NCBI GenBank assembly: GCA_963766715.1 | Contig: CAVYBH010000008.1 | Span: forward strand, 576,001 to 640,000 | DNA from: an uncultured delta proteobacterium | GTDB lineage: Bacteria > Myxococcota > Myxococcia > Myxococcales > Anaeromyxobacteraceae | Length of the DNA: 64,000 nucleotides | Reading direction: 5' to 3' | Notes under the pieces: generated by a model | The model's database searches: none | The model's input: only the letters and a program-made list of their open reading frames with translations | Told to the model about the DNA's origin: nothing | Position numbers and translations under genes: made by a program | Shown here: piece by piece, positions 37,773 to 49,800 of the stretch | Layout: each line of letters begins with the position of its first letter | Position numbering within the stretch: the stretch's first letter is position 1

Positions 37773-39874
37773 ATGAAGACCAGGAGATCGAAGAACCAGC
37801 CGAGGAACCCTGGCGGCATGAGCCGCCGGGACATGCTCAAGATCACCGCGGCGACGGGCGTCGCGGCGGCCGCCGCCTCCGTCGCCGGCCCGGCGCACGC
37901 CAAGGGCGGTGGGGGGTGGCGGGGGCGGTGGGACGACCGGGCACGTGCACCGGGCCTCCAGGCCATCGAGGCGTTCCCGACGAGCCCGCTCATCCTGAAC
38001 CCGTTCACCGATCCGCTGCCGGTGCCGCAGGCGGCCCGGCCGGTGGACACGAGCAAGTGGACGAACAAGCCCAGCGGGGCGTCCGGGTGCCAGGACTCGG
38101 ACGGCTACACCCACCAGATGTGGCCGGGCCAGGCGGGCACCGTCTGCGCCAACATGCCGCAGCCGATCATCTACCAGAACAAGCTGCAGGTGGCGGCCCA
38201 CAGCTTCACGTCGTCACCGGTGCGGACGCTCGTCCCCTACACCAACACGAAGGGGAAGGTGGTGCCGGCCGGCACCGTGGTGTCGAGGCTGCCGGCCAGC
38301 ACCATCTACGGCTTCAACGGCAAGTTCCCCGGCCCCATGATCAACGCCGAGTACGGGAAGCCCTGCCTCGTCCGCTTCGAGAACCACCTCGACGAGAACC
38401 CGCTGAACCTCGACCGCGGCGACTTCGGCGCGCCCGACTGGACGTTCCTCACCCACCTGCACAACGCCCACACCGCGGCCGGAGAGCGACGGCAACCCGC
38501 ACTACAAGATGGGCGGCCTACGACACGCCCGGCGGCTGGGTCGACAACCTCTACCTGAACTACCCGGCGGGCGAACGACGAGGCGCGAGAAGCAGTCCTT
38601 CTTCTGGTTCCACGACCACAAGATGGACCACACCGGCGCCAACGTCTACAAGGGCATGGTCGGCCTGTACCCGATCTACGACCCGGTGTCCTCGACTCCG
38701 GGTGACGAGACCAAGGGGCTGCGCCTGCCCGGCGTCCGCACCAACAACCCCGACGGCACGTTCGACGTGAAGTACGACATCCCGCTGGTCTTCTACGACT
38801 GCCGCCTCGACGACGGCGCCACCCCGCACCAGGACATCCACAACGGCTGCGGCGAGGTCCACCCCGAGTGGTGGGGCAAGACCTTCTTCCAGCCACTTCC
38901 CGAACCACGGCTTCGTGGGCGACATCTTCACCGTGAACGGGACGGCCTACCCGGTCCTCACCGTCAACCGGCGCAAGTACCGCTTCCGCTTCCTCGACGG
39001 CCGCCGTCTCGCGCGCAGTTCGAGGTCGACGCTCATGAAGTCGTCCGGCGGCCCGAAGTCGGCCGTGTCGCTCGGCTACGGCGGCGACGAGCTCGAGGGG
39101 CAGTGGCGCATCCAGGACGGCGTCACCTGCATGAGCTTCATGCAGATCGCCTCGGGCGGCGGCCTCCTGCCGAGCGCCATTCCCCGGACCAGCATCGAGA
39201 ACTGGCCGGCCATGCGCCACGAGATCGTCGTCGACTTCACGAAGTACCTGGACGGCACGCCGACCACGAAGGGCGACGTCATCTACCTGACGAACATCTG
39301 AAGATGCCGGACGGGCGTGAGGCCGCCAACAACTCCCGGATCGGGCTCGACCCCCGGTACAAGATCCCGCTCCTCAAGATCGTCATCGGGAACGACGCAC
39401 CGGACAACAGCGTCATGCCGACGGCGAACACGATCCTGCGTCCGCAGCCGAAGCTCCCGGACCTGTCGACGCTCCCGACCCGCACCTTCGAGCTGCAGCG
39501 CGGCGGGTTCGGCGGCGAGATCGAGTGGCTCATCAACGGCCAGCCGTTCGACCCGGTCCGTCGCCGCTCGCGACGGTGAAGCAGGGCGCAGCCGGAGATT
39601 CTGGGTCATCAAGAACGGCGGCGGCGGCTGGACCCACCCGATGCACCTCCACATGGAGGAGCACCACGTCCTCACGCGGAACGGGCAGCCGGCCACGTCG
39701 GTCCCGGGTCACCAGGACGACACCGGGAAGGACGACGTCATCGCCCTCGACCCGTCGGAGGAGGTGGTGGTGGTCCGGAACTTCCGGACCTTCACCGGGA
39801 ACTACGTGGCCCACTGCCACAACCTGGCGCACGAGGATCACGCCATGATGTTCGGCTGGACCCTCGCGAAGTAG
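37773..39874 (+). CDS. Tat-exported multicopper oxidase, paralog 1; several frameshifts
   Basis: SRRDMLK Tat signal; Cu motifs THLHN, WFHDH, HPMHLHMEEH, HCHNLAHEDHAMM. Confidence 0.9.
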
Positions 39875-39911
39875 GCGGCGACGGAACCGTCGAGGGGGGC
39901 AAGGAGTGGGA

Positions 39912-40466
39912 CTAGCGGGCCGCGCCCCAGGTCGGGGACGGCGCGTGTCCCTCGACGGCTTCGGAACCATGTCGGACCAGGAACTCACGGGCCCTCTCGA
40001 CGAATCTCGCGAGCTTGCGCGAGACGGTCCGCGGCGAGATGCCGAGCAGGCTCGCGACCTCCTCGTGTTCCATCCCATCCACGAAGACGCCCACGGCGAC
40101 CGCCTGGGTCACGGCGTCGAAGCGGGACAGGACGGCCTGGGCAAGTTGCCTTTCCGGGTACGCATCGGGGCGGTCCCCGTGCGCGATGGCCACCACGTCG
40201 AGGCCCTCGGCGAGGGCGTCCTCTCCGCGCCTGCGCGCGTTGCGGCGGAGGTTCAGGCAGTGGTTCATCGCCACCCGGTAGATCCAGGGGAGCAGCGTGG
40301 CCCGGTCCTTGAGCCGGTCCGCGTCGCGGAGCAGCTTCACGAACACCTCCTGGGTGGCGTCGTCGGCTCCGGCCTTGTCGCCGAGGAGGCGGAGGCATCG
40401 GCGGTACACCAAGGGCCCGAACTCCCTGTAGATGCGCGCGACCTGGCTTTCGTCGACTGGCTTCAT
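39912..40466 (-). CDS. ECF sigma factor (paralog 2)
   Basis: IYREFGPLVYRRCLRLLGD...DDATQEVF, WIYRVAMNHCLN, EEVASLLGISPRTVSRKL; intact ORF. Confidence 0.9.
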   Translation of the reverse strand: MKPVDESQVARIYREFGPLVYRRCLRLLGDKAGADDATQEVFVKLLRDADRLKDRATLLPWIYRVAMNHCLNLRRNARRRGEDALAEGLDVVAIAHGDRPDAYPERQLAQAVLSRFDAVTQAVAVGVFVDGMEHEEVASLLGISPRTVSRKLARFVERAREFLVRHGSEAVEGHAPSPTWGAAR

Positions 40467-40731
40467 CCGCACTCCCTGGCCGGCCAACCTGGGCCGGAGA
40501 TCTTTCTCGAGCACCGGGTCGGGTAAGTGGAGCGACTCGGTCAACATTTACGTGCGATCCCATTCTTGCACCGGCCGTCCAGGGGATTGCCCGTACCGCT
40601 ACCGTGGTACGCGGACGACGAGTAAACCATGGAAATCAGGTAAGTAAACGTATCTCGGGTCTCGAAGCAGGGCCTTCGTCGGACCTGGCCTGGATCGCCA
40701 AACCGACCGCCCTCAGGAAGCAAAACGAAAG

Positions 40732-40745
40732 TTGACCTTTATCAA
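40732..40745. promoter_or_regulatory. Fnr/Crp-family-like box
   Basis: TTGAC-CTTT-ATCAA in an AT-rich divergent intergenic region. Confidence 0.55.
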
Positions 40746-40877
40746 TTCTTGATGGGATCCCACCCCGGCCGCGGCCTCGCGAGAGTTCACCGATAGTTAA
40801 TCCGGACCGCGAAGTCCCTCTTGGGGCGTGCGGGCGGAGAAACGATCGCGAGGTGTCGCTAGAAGTACCCGTCCAGC

Positions 40878-41545
40878 ATGAGCACCCGGCAATCCAGGTC
40901 AGTCCTCGTCGTCGGCGCCGGCAACCTCGGCGGCCCGGCGGCCCTCACGCTCGCCTCCGCGGGCGTGGGACGGATCACCCTCCTGGACGCCAGTGTCGTC
41001 GCGCCCCAGGACCTCTCTTCCGATCCGATCCTCGTCGAGTCGGATCTGGGTCAGTCGCGGAGCGAGGCCGCTGCACGGAGGCTGCGGCGGCTCTTCCCGG
41101 CCATCGAGGTGGAGTCCTGCGCCGATCAGGTCGCACGGAGGCGCTGCTCGACGGGCTCGTCCGATCGGCGGACGTCGTGGTGGATGCCTCCAGCGACTTC
41201 GCGGGCATGTTCGCGGTGAACGACGCCGCGATCGCGGCGGGACGGCCGCTCGTCCATGGCGGCCTGAACGGGCTCACGGTGCAACTGCTCACCATCGTTC
41301 CGCGGGTGACGGGATGCCTGCGATGCCTGTTCGAAGGACCGCCGCCGCCCGGGGCCGAGGTGGGGGTGCTGGGACCGCTGGCGGGATGGGCGGGCTCCCT
41401 CCTGGGAGCGGAGGCCGTGCGCCTGCTCGATGGCCGCCCCGGCGCCTACGCCGGTCGCCTCCTGCTCCACGAGGCGCGCCCGGGCCGCGCGCGCGAGGTG
41501 CCCGTGAAGCTTCGGCCGGACTGCACCGCCTGTGGAGCCACATGA
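40878..41545 (+). CDS. ThiF/MoeB (E1-like) family protein 1; frameshift near 41130
   Basis: VLVVGAGNLGG..A..LASAGVGRITLLD, DVVVDASSDF, CLRC, GVLGPLAG, CTAC. Confidence 0.82.
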
Positions 41546-42237
41546 GCGGAACGGACCTCGCCGGCGACCGCTTCGCCCGTCAACGGCTCCTCGGCGGGAT
41601 CGGCGCCGACGGCCTGGAGCACGTCCGGAGCGCGCGGATCCAGGTGGTGGGAGCCGGCGCCATGGCGGGGGCCGCGCTCCTCCACCTCGCCCAGGTGGGC
41701 GTCCGGACGATCTACGTGGACGACGGCGCGGACGTCGACGGTCTCCCCGACGGCGACGGGGAATCCTGGATGTACTCCCCCGACCAGGTGGGACGGCCCC
41801 GGATCCTCGCAGCCCTCGAGGCGCTTCGGGCGGCGAGCAGCCTCGTGGAGGTCCGGCCGATCGCGTCGGACGTCGAGCCCACCGCGACGCTCGTCTGTGC
41901 GCAGCGCGAACCGGTGGCGCGCAAGGCCGCCGAGCGCGCGCGGCGGGCCGGCCTCCCGCACGTCGTCGCGCTCGCCAACGGCGACGGCGGCGTGGTGATC
42001 ACCATCCCGTCCGGCGCACCCTGCTTCGGCTGCGCCTTCCAGCCCGGGGCGCGGCTGCCGCTCCAGCCCGGCGCGGCGACCTCCCTGGGAGCGCTGTCGG
42101 CGGTCGAGCTCCTCCTCGTGGTGGCGCGCGCCCTCCCCGGGGCGGGGGGCGGGCGCCGCATCGACGTGTCGGCGGGATGGCCGAGCACGCGGCCGACGGC
42201 GCGCGTGCCGGGCTGCGACTGCGTCAACGTGTACTGA
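41542..42237 (+). CDS. ThiF/MoeB (E1-like) family protein 2
   Basis: RFARQRLLGGIG..G...V..ARIQVVGAG, PCFGC, PGCDC; ATGA overlap with the preceding gene. Confidence 0.78.
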   Translation: MSGTDLAGDRFARQRLLGGIGADGLEHVRSARIQVVGAGAMAGAALLHLAQVGVRTIYVDDGADVDGLPDGDGESWMYSPDQVGRPRILAALEALRAASSLVEVRPIASDVEPTATLVCAQREPVARKAAERARRAGLPHVVALANGDGGVVITIPSGAPCFGCAFQPGARLPLQPGAATSLGALSAVELLLVVARALPGAGGGRRIDVSAGWPSTRPTARVPGCDCVNVY

Positions 42238-42261
42238 AGCGCGTCCGACCCGGCCGCCGGA

Positions 42262-43042
42262 TCACTTCCCGTAGGTGAACGGCACGGCGGCCACGGCATA
42301 GCTGCCGTCGTCGTTGGTCACGGCGATGGCCACCTGGCCGGCCCGGGCCGGCGGCGCCTCCACCGTGATCGACCGCGGCGTCCGGCCGCCACGATGCGCG
42401 CCGGGTCGAGTCCGAACATCACCTGGGCCGCCCGGAGGTTCTTTCCGCGAATGGTGACGCGCGCGCCGCCCGCGGCTGGGCCCGCGCGCGGCTGGACGTC
42501 CTCGATGACCGGTGGCGGCCGCGTCTCCGCGGCCGGATCGGGCCGCCAGGGATCCGGGGGCGGGACCACCATCTGCTGGAGCGGCTCCGGCAGTCCGGCG
42601 TTGGCGTTGAACTCGATGTCGCGAACCAGCCGCTTCATGCCCTCGGCGAGGGGCTGGGCGGCCTCACGCTCCTCCTCGCTCTCCACCTCGGCGGCCCCGG
42701 CGTCCGTCGCGAGGCTTCCGGCTTGCCCGGCGAGACCGGCCTGACCCGTCTGTAGCGGCTGACCCGTCTGGCCCACGGCCGAGGTGGACGGGAGCGCGGG
42801 GAAGGACGGCACGTCGGCAGCGGCGCGGGGGCGCGCCTCCAGCCGCGATGCACGCCCAGCCGCCGAGGCCGGGACCTGGGCCGCGCGCGCGATCGTCGGG
42901 CCAGAGCCGATCGGCCAGGTGCGTCGCTTGCCAGAAGCCCAGCCCAACCGCCGCCGAGCATCAGGGCGAAGCGGAGCGGGCCGGACTGGTACCAACGACG
43001 CATCAGGGAAGACCTCGAGAGAGTGTGCTGGATTCTAGTCAC
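42262..43042 (-). CDS. Protein with a C-terminal IPT/TIG domain; start uncertain, frameshifts
   Basis: PPVIEDVQPRAGPAAGGARVTIRGKNL...VMFG...TVEAPP...GQVAIAVTNDDG...FTYGK. Confidence 0.65.
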
Positions 43043-43280
43043 CGGCACCGGCGCCTCTGGACCCAACCTCGCGTCAATTCGCGCTTACGCCCCAATGGCG
43101 GCCCGTCGCGCGACCGCGCGCCCGGATGACCGCAACGGTGGGCCTTCCGGGACCGGCCTACCCGTCCCGCGGAAGCGGTGTAGGGGGGTCGTGGGGCTAG
43201 GGTCCCCGTCGATCGTGGTCACCCTCTCGTATGCGCAACGAACACCGAGGCCCGGACCAGGAGCAGGGGAGAAGAACGAG

Positions 43281-45352
43281 ATGACGACCGAGACGGCGGA
43301 CGAACACCCGGAAACGACGATGGAACTCACCCGACGCGACATGCTGAAGATCACTGCCGCGACAGGGGTGGCCGTTGCCGTTGCCGGGGTCGCCCAGCCG
43401 GCGGCCGCCGCCACGACCGCAGGGACGTGCAGCGGCCTGGACGCCCTCGAGGCCTTCCCCACGAGCCCGCTCATCCTCAATCCGTTCACCGACCCGCTGC
43501 CCGTGCCCAGGGCGCTCGCGCCGGTCGATCCGGCCGCGGTCTCGACCTGGACCAACAAGCCCAGCGGCGCGCCGGGCTGCCAGGACTGCGACGGCGGCTC
43601 CCACCAGCTGTGGCCGGGCCAGGCCGGAACGGTCTGCGCGAAGATGCCGCAGCCGAAGGTCTACCAGATCAAGCTGCAGGTCGCCGGCCACAGCTTCTCG
43701 TCGTCGCCGGTGCGGACGCTCGTGCCCTACACCAACCCGAACGGCGTCCGCGTGCCGGCCGGCACCGTGGTGCCGAAGCTGCCCGAGAGCACCATCTACG
43801 GGTTCAACGGCCAGTTCCCCGGGCCCCATGATCAACGCCGAGTACGGCAAGCCCAACTGCGTCCGGTTCGAGAACCACCTCGACGAGAACCCGCTGAACC
43901 TCGACCGCGGCGACTTCGGCGATCCCAACCTGGGCTTCCTCACCCACCTGCACAACGCGCACACCGCGTCGGAGAGCGACGGCAACCCGCACCACAAGGA
44001 GGAGGCGTACGGCCCGGGCGGCTGGGTCGACAACCTCTACCTGAACTATCCGGCGGGGGGCGACGAGGCGGAGAAGCAGTCCTTCTTCTGGTACCACGAC
44101 CACCGCGAGGGGCACACCGGCGCCAACGTCTACAAGGGAATGGCCGGCCTCTACCCGATCTACGACCCGGTCCTCGACGCGGGCGACGAGACGAAGGGGC
44201 TGCGCCTTCCCGGCGTCCGCACCGACCACGGCGACGGCTCGTTCGACGTCGACTACGACATTCCCATCGTCCTCGGCGACGTCGCCCTCGACGACGGCGC
44301 CACCCCGCACCAGGACTTCCACAACGGCTGCGGCGAGGTCCACCCCGAGCAGTGGGGCAAGACCTTCTTCCGCCACTTCCCCAACCACGGGTTCGTGGGC
44401 GACGTCTTCTGGGTGAACGGAAAGGCCTACCCCGTCCTCGAGGTGAAGCGGCGCAAGTACCGCTTCCGCTTCCTCACGGCGGCCATCGCCCGCCAGTTCG
44501 AGCTCCAGTTCATGAAGTCGGCCGGCGGCCCGAAGTCGGCGGTGTCGCTCGGCTACTCCGGCACCGAGCTCCAGGGGCAGTGGCGGATCCAGGACGGCGT
44601 CAAGTGCCTGAACTTCGTCCAGATCGCCTCGGGGGGCGGGCTCCTGCCGAACCCCATCGTCCGCGACACCATCGAGAACTGGCCGGCCATGCGCCACGAG
44701 GTCATCGTCGACTTCACGAAGTACCTGGACGGCAACAAGACGAAGAAGGGCGACGTCATCTACCTGACCAACGTCTGCAAGATGCCGGACGGGCGCCAGG
44801 CCACCAAGAACTCCCGCATCGGCCTCGACTCCAAGTACAAGATCCCGCTCCTCAAGATCGTGATCGGCGACGACGCGCCGGACAACAGCGTCATGCCCAC
44901 GGCGAAGACGCGTGCTCCGCAAGCAGCCGGTCATCCCGGCCGACCTGTCCAAGCTCCCGACCCGGACCTTCGAGCTGCAGCGCGGCGGGTTCGGCGGCGA
45001 GACGCAGTGGCTCATCAACGGCCACCCGTTCGACGCGACCGTGCCGCTCGCCGTGGTGAAGCAGGGGCAGCCCGAGGTCTGGATCATCAAGAACGGCGGC
45101 GGTGGCTGGAGCCACCCGATGCACCTCCACATGGAGGAGCACCACGTGGTCACCCGGAACGGGAAGACCGCGACGTCGGTGAAGGGGCACGAGGACGACA
45201 CCGGCAAGGACGACGTCCTCGCGCTCGATCCGAGCGAGACCATCGTGGTGTACCGGAACTTCCGGACCTTCGCGGGACACTACGTCGCCCACTGCCACAA
45301 CCTCGCTCACGAGGACCACGCCATGATGTTCGGCTGGACCATCGAGAAGTAG
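43281..45352 (+). CDS. Tat-exported multicopper oxidase, paralog 2; frameshifts near 43825 and 44910
   Basis: TRRDMLK Tat signal; THLHNAH, WYHDH, HPMHLHMEEH, HCHNLAHEDHAMM; closely similar to paralog 1. Confidence 0.92.
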
Positions 45353-45365
45353 GACGGACGATGCC

Positions 45366-46850
45366 ATGACCCGCGCACGATTCCTGTTCCTCGCGTTGGT
45401 CCTGGCGGCCGGAGGCTTCCTGGCCGGACGCTGGTCCGGAGGCGCCCCGGCGGCGGGGGCCTCCGCCAGCGCCCGAAAGATCCTCCACTACGTCGACCCC
45501 ATGCACCCGGCGTACAAGTCGGACAAGCCGGGCATCGCGCCCGACTGCGGCATGCAGCTCGAGCCGGTCTACGCCGACGGCGGCCCGGCGCAGGGCACGG
45601 GCGGCCCTCCCCGGCCGGCCGGCACGGTCACCCTGGACGCCGGGCTCCGGCAGCTGCAGGGCGTCCGGCTCGGCACGGTGGAGCGCGCCCCCAGCACCCA
45701 GGCCGTCCGGCTCTTCGGCCGGGTGGTCCCCGACGAGACGCGGGTCTACACGCTCAACGCCGCCATGGAGGGGAGCATCCGGGAGCTCTCGCCCGTGACG
45801 AGCGGCGCCTTCGTCCGCAAGAACCAGTGGCTCGGCGCCTTCTTCTCCGCCGAGACGCGCTCCGCGCTCCAGGCCTACATCACCGCGCTCGACGTGCAGG
45901 ACCTCGATCCCCGCAAGCGCGCCGACGCCGGCATGCAGGTGGCGGCGGGCACCACGCCGAGCCGGAGCGCGCAGTTCACGGTGGAGCGCCTTCGCGGCAT
46001 GGGGATGTCCGACCGGCAGATCGAGGACCTCCGGAAGAACCGGTCCATCCCGCTCACCATCGACATCGTCTCGCCCGTGGACGGCGTGGTGCTCACCCGG
46101 AACGTCACCCTGGGGCAGAAGTTCGACAAGGGCGCCGAGTGGTTCCGCGTCGCCAACCTCGACAAGGTGTGGATCCTCGCCGACCTGCAGGAGGCCGACG
46201 TGGCGCTGGCCCGGCCGGGCGCGAAGGTGCAGGTCACCGTCCCCGGTCGCGCGGCCCCGTTCGCCGGGGTGGTGAGCCAGGTCCCGCCCCAGTTCGACAT
46301 GGCCTCGCGGACGATGAAGCTCCGGATCGAGGTGGACAACCCCGGCGCCACGCTGCGGCCGGACATGTTCGTGGACGTGGGGCTCTCCGTGGAGCGGCCC
46401 GCCGCCACGACCATCCCCTCGAGCGCGCTCGTCGACTCCGGCCTCCGCAAGACCGTCTTCGTGGAGCGAGGCGAGGGGATCTTCGAGCCTCGGTCGGTCG
46501 AGACCGGATGGCGCGCCGGCGACCGGGTCGAGGTGGTGAGCGGCCTCGAGCCCGGGGATCGCATCGTGGTCTCCGGCACCTTCCTGGTCGACTCGGAGAG
46601 CCAGCTCAAGGCGGCGGCCGCGGGGGTCTACGGGGCCGCCAGCAAGGACCCGGTCTGCGGCATGGAGGTCGACGAGGCGCGCGCCCGCGCGGCCGGCAAG
46701 GTCGCCGAGCACCACGGCAAGCACCTCTACTTCTGCTCCGACACCTGCAAGAGCACGTTCCTGGCCTCGCCCGATCGCTTCGCCGGATCGGCGGCCGGGG
46801 ACGGGAAGCCCGGCGATTCCCTCCACGCCAGCGTCGAGGTCGTCCGGTGA
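45366..46850 (+). CDS. cusB: CusB-type RND periplasmic adaptor with an N-terminal metal-binding motif and a C-terminal YHS domain
   Basis: YVDPMHP.....PG..PDCGMQL, LRPDMF, VVSGTFLVDSES, DPVCGM....YFCS..C. Confidence 0.88.
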   Translation: MTRARFLFLALVLAAGGFLAGRWSGGAPAAGASASARKILHYVDPMHPAYKSDKPGIAPDCGMQLEPVYADGGPAQGTGGPPRPAGTVTLDAGLRQLQGVRLGTVERAPSTQAVRLFGRVVPDETRVYTLNAAMEGSIRELSPVTSGAFVRKNQWLGAFFSAETRSALQAYITALDVQDLDPRKRADAGMQVAAGTTPSRSAQFTVERLRGMGMSDRQIEDLRKNRSIPLTIDIVSPVDGVVLTRNVTLGQKFDKGAEWFRVANLDKVWILADLQEADVALARPGAKVQVTVPGRAAPFAGVVSQVPPQFDMASRTMKLRIEVDNPGATLRPDMFVDVGLSVERPAATTIPSSALVDSGLRKTVFVERGEGIFEPRSVETGWRAGDRVEVVSGLEPGDRIVVSGTFLVDSESQLKAAAAGVYGAASKDPVCGMEVDEARARAAGKVAEHHGKHLYFCSDTCKSTFLASPDRFAGSAAGDGKPGDSLHASVEVVR

Positions 46851-49800
46851 TCGACCGCCTCATCGACTTCTCGGTGAGGAACCGCTTCCTCGTCTTCACC
46901 CTGGTGGCCGCCGGGTGCGTGGCGGGCTGGTGGTCGATGCAGCGGGTGGCGCTCGACGCCATCCCCGACCTCAGCGACACCCAGGTCATCATCTACTCGA
47001 AGTGGGATCGGAGCCCGGACCTCGTCGAGGACCAGGTCACCTACCCCATCGTCACCGCCATGCTGGGCGCGCCCCAGGTGAAGGCGGTGCGCGGCTTCTC
47101 CGACTTCGGCTACTCGTACGTCTACGCCGTCTTCGAGGACGGCACCGACCTCTACTGGGCGCGCTCGCGGACGCTCGAGTACCTCTCCTCGGTCCTCCCC
47201 ACCCTCCCCCAGGGCGTGAAGACCGAGATCGGTCCGGACGCCACCGCGCTGGGCTGGGTCTTCCAGTACGTGCTCGAGGACACGAGCGGCAAGCAGAGCC
47301 TGGCCGACCTGCGCTCGCTCCAGGACTGGTACCTGCGCTTCCACCTGAAGTCGGTGCCGGGCGTGGCCGAGGTGGCGCCGCTGGGCGGCTTCGGCCAGCA
47401 GTACCAGGTCAACCTCGACCCCAACCGGCTCCGGGCCCATCGCATCCCCATCGGCCGGGTCGTCGAGGCGGTGCGCGGGGGCAACGGGGACGTGGGCGGA
47501 CGGCTCCTCGAGATCGCCGGCGCCGAGTACATGGTGCGCGGCCGCGGATACGCGAAGTCGGTGAAGGACTTCGAGGACCTGGTCCTCTCCGTGAGCGAGA
47601 AGGGCAGCCCCATCCGCATCAAGGACGTGGGGCAGGTGGTGGTGGGGCCCGACATGCGCCGCGGCGTGGCCGACGTCGACGGCACCGGCGACGCCGTCTC
47701 CGGCATCGTGGTGATGCGCCAGGGGCAGAACGCCCTCGAGGTGATCGATCGGGTCAAGGCCAAGCTCGCGCAGATCGCGCCCGGCCTGCCTCCCGGCGTG
47801 AAGGTGGTGCCGATCTACGATCGCTCCGAGCTCATCCACCGGGCCATCGCCAACCTCCGCACCACGCTGCTCGAGGTGCTGATCACCGTCTCGCTCGTCA
47901 TCCTCCTCTTCCTGTGGCACCCGCCCAGCGCGGTGATCCCGCTCGTCACCATCCCGGTGGCGATCCTGCTGGCCTTCATCCCCTTCCGCATGATGGGCGT
48001 GACCGCCAACATCATGTCGCTGGGCGGCATCGCCATCGCCATCGGCGCGCTGGTGGACGCGGCCATCGTCGTCGTGGAGCAGACCCACAAGAAGCTGGAG
48101 GAGTGGGAGAGGAACGGGCGCAAGGGGTCGTACCAGGACGTCGTCGTGGCGGCGGTGAAGCAGGTGGGCTCGACCAGCTTCTTCGCGCTGCTGGTCATCG
48201 GGGTCTCCTTCCTGCCCGTGCTCACGCTCGAGGCCCAGGAGGGACGCCTCTTCAAGCCGCTCGCCTACACGAAGACGCTGGCGATGGTCATCGCGGCCTT
48301 CCTGGCGGTCACGCTCGATCCGGCGCTGCGCATCACGCTCACCCACCTGGGGAACTTCCGCTTCCGGCCGGCCTGGCTCTCCCGGACCGCCAACGCCGTG
48401 CTGGTGGGGAAGATCCACCCCGAGGAGAACCACCCGGTCAGCCGCGCGCTCATGCGGATCTACGAGCCGGTGGTGACCTGGGCGCTGCGGCACGGCTGGG
48501 TGGTGGTGGGCGGCGCGCTGGCGCTGATCCTCGCCACCGTTCCGATCTTCCGGCAGCTCGGCTCCGAGTTCATGCCGCCCCTCGACGAGGGGGCGCTCCT
48601 CTACATGCCCAGCACCATGCCGGGCATCTCCATCGCCGAGGCCCAGCGCCTGCTCCAGGTCAGCGACGGCATCCTGAAGAGGTTCCCCGAGGTGGACCGC
48701 GTGCTGGGCAAGGCGGGGCGGGCGGAGACCTCCACGGACCCGGCTCCCCTCTCGATGCTGGAGACGGTGATCACGCTCAAGCCGGTGTCGCAGTGGCGCA
48801 AGGTCGACAACTGGTGGACCGGCTGGGCGCCCGAGGCGCTGCGCCCGCTGCTCCGCCGCGTCAGCCCCGACCACATCTCGTCCGAGCAGCTCGTCACCGA
48901 GATGAACGAGGCCGTGAAGCTCATCGGCGTCTCGAACGCCTGGACCATGCCCATCAAGGGGCGCATCGAGATGCTCTCCACCGGGATGCGCACGCCGGTG
49001 GGGCTCAAGATCTCCGGGCCGAGCCTGGATCAGATCGAGGCGCTGGGCACGCAGGTCGAGGCGCTCTTGCCCTCGGTGAAGGGAACCCGCAGCGTCTTCG
49101 CGGAGCGGGCCGGGCGCGGGTTCTTCCTGGACGTCGAGTGGAACCGCGACGCGCTGGCCCGCAACGGGCTCGGGGTCGACGAGGCCCAGATGGTCCTCCA
49201 GTCGGCCATCGGCGGCGAGAACGTCGGCACGGCCTTCGATGGACGCGCGCGCTACCCGGTCAACGTGCGCTACCAGCGCGACTTCCGCAGCGACCTCGAC
49301 GCGCTGGGGCGGGTGCTCGTCCCGGTGGCCGGCGGGGAGCGCCACGTCGCGCTGTCCGAGCTCGCCACCCTCCGCACGGTCTCCGGGCCCTCGATGATCC
49401 GCAACGAGGACGGCCTCCTCACCGGGTACGTGTTCGTCGACCTGGCCGGACGCGACCCGGCCGGCTACGTCGAGGAGGCCGGCGCCCTCCTGCGGGATCG
49501 GCTGCAGCTCCCCGCCGGCTACGCGGTGGCGTGGAGCGGGCAGTACGAGGCGCAGGTGCGGGTGGCCGAGCGCCTCCGCACGGTGGTCCCGCTCACCCTG
49601 CTGCTCATCCTCCTGCTCCTCTACCTGAGCACGAAGTCGATCGTGAAGACCGCCATCGTCGCGCTGGCCGTGCCCTTCTCGGCCATCGGGGCCGTGTGGT
49701 TCCTCTGGCTGCTCGGCTACAACATGAGCGTCGCGGTCTGGGTCGGGCTCATCGCGCTCCTGGGCCTCGACGCCGAGACCGGCGTCTTCATGCTCCTGTA

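Noticed and set aside
39912..40466. CorE-type copper-activated ECF sigma
   Set aside because: Neither ECF has the C-terminal Cys-rich domain that defines CorE.
40878..42237. ThiF pair as a CBASS/Bil-type defence system or RiPP cluster
   Set aside because: No E2, JAB, cyclase, ubiquitin-like protein, YcaO or precursor peptide is visible nearby.
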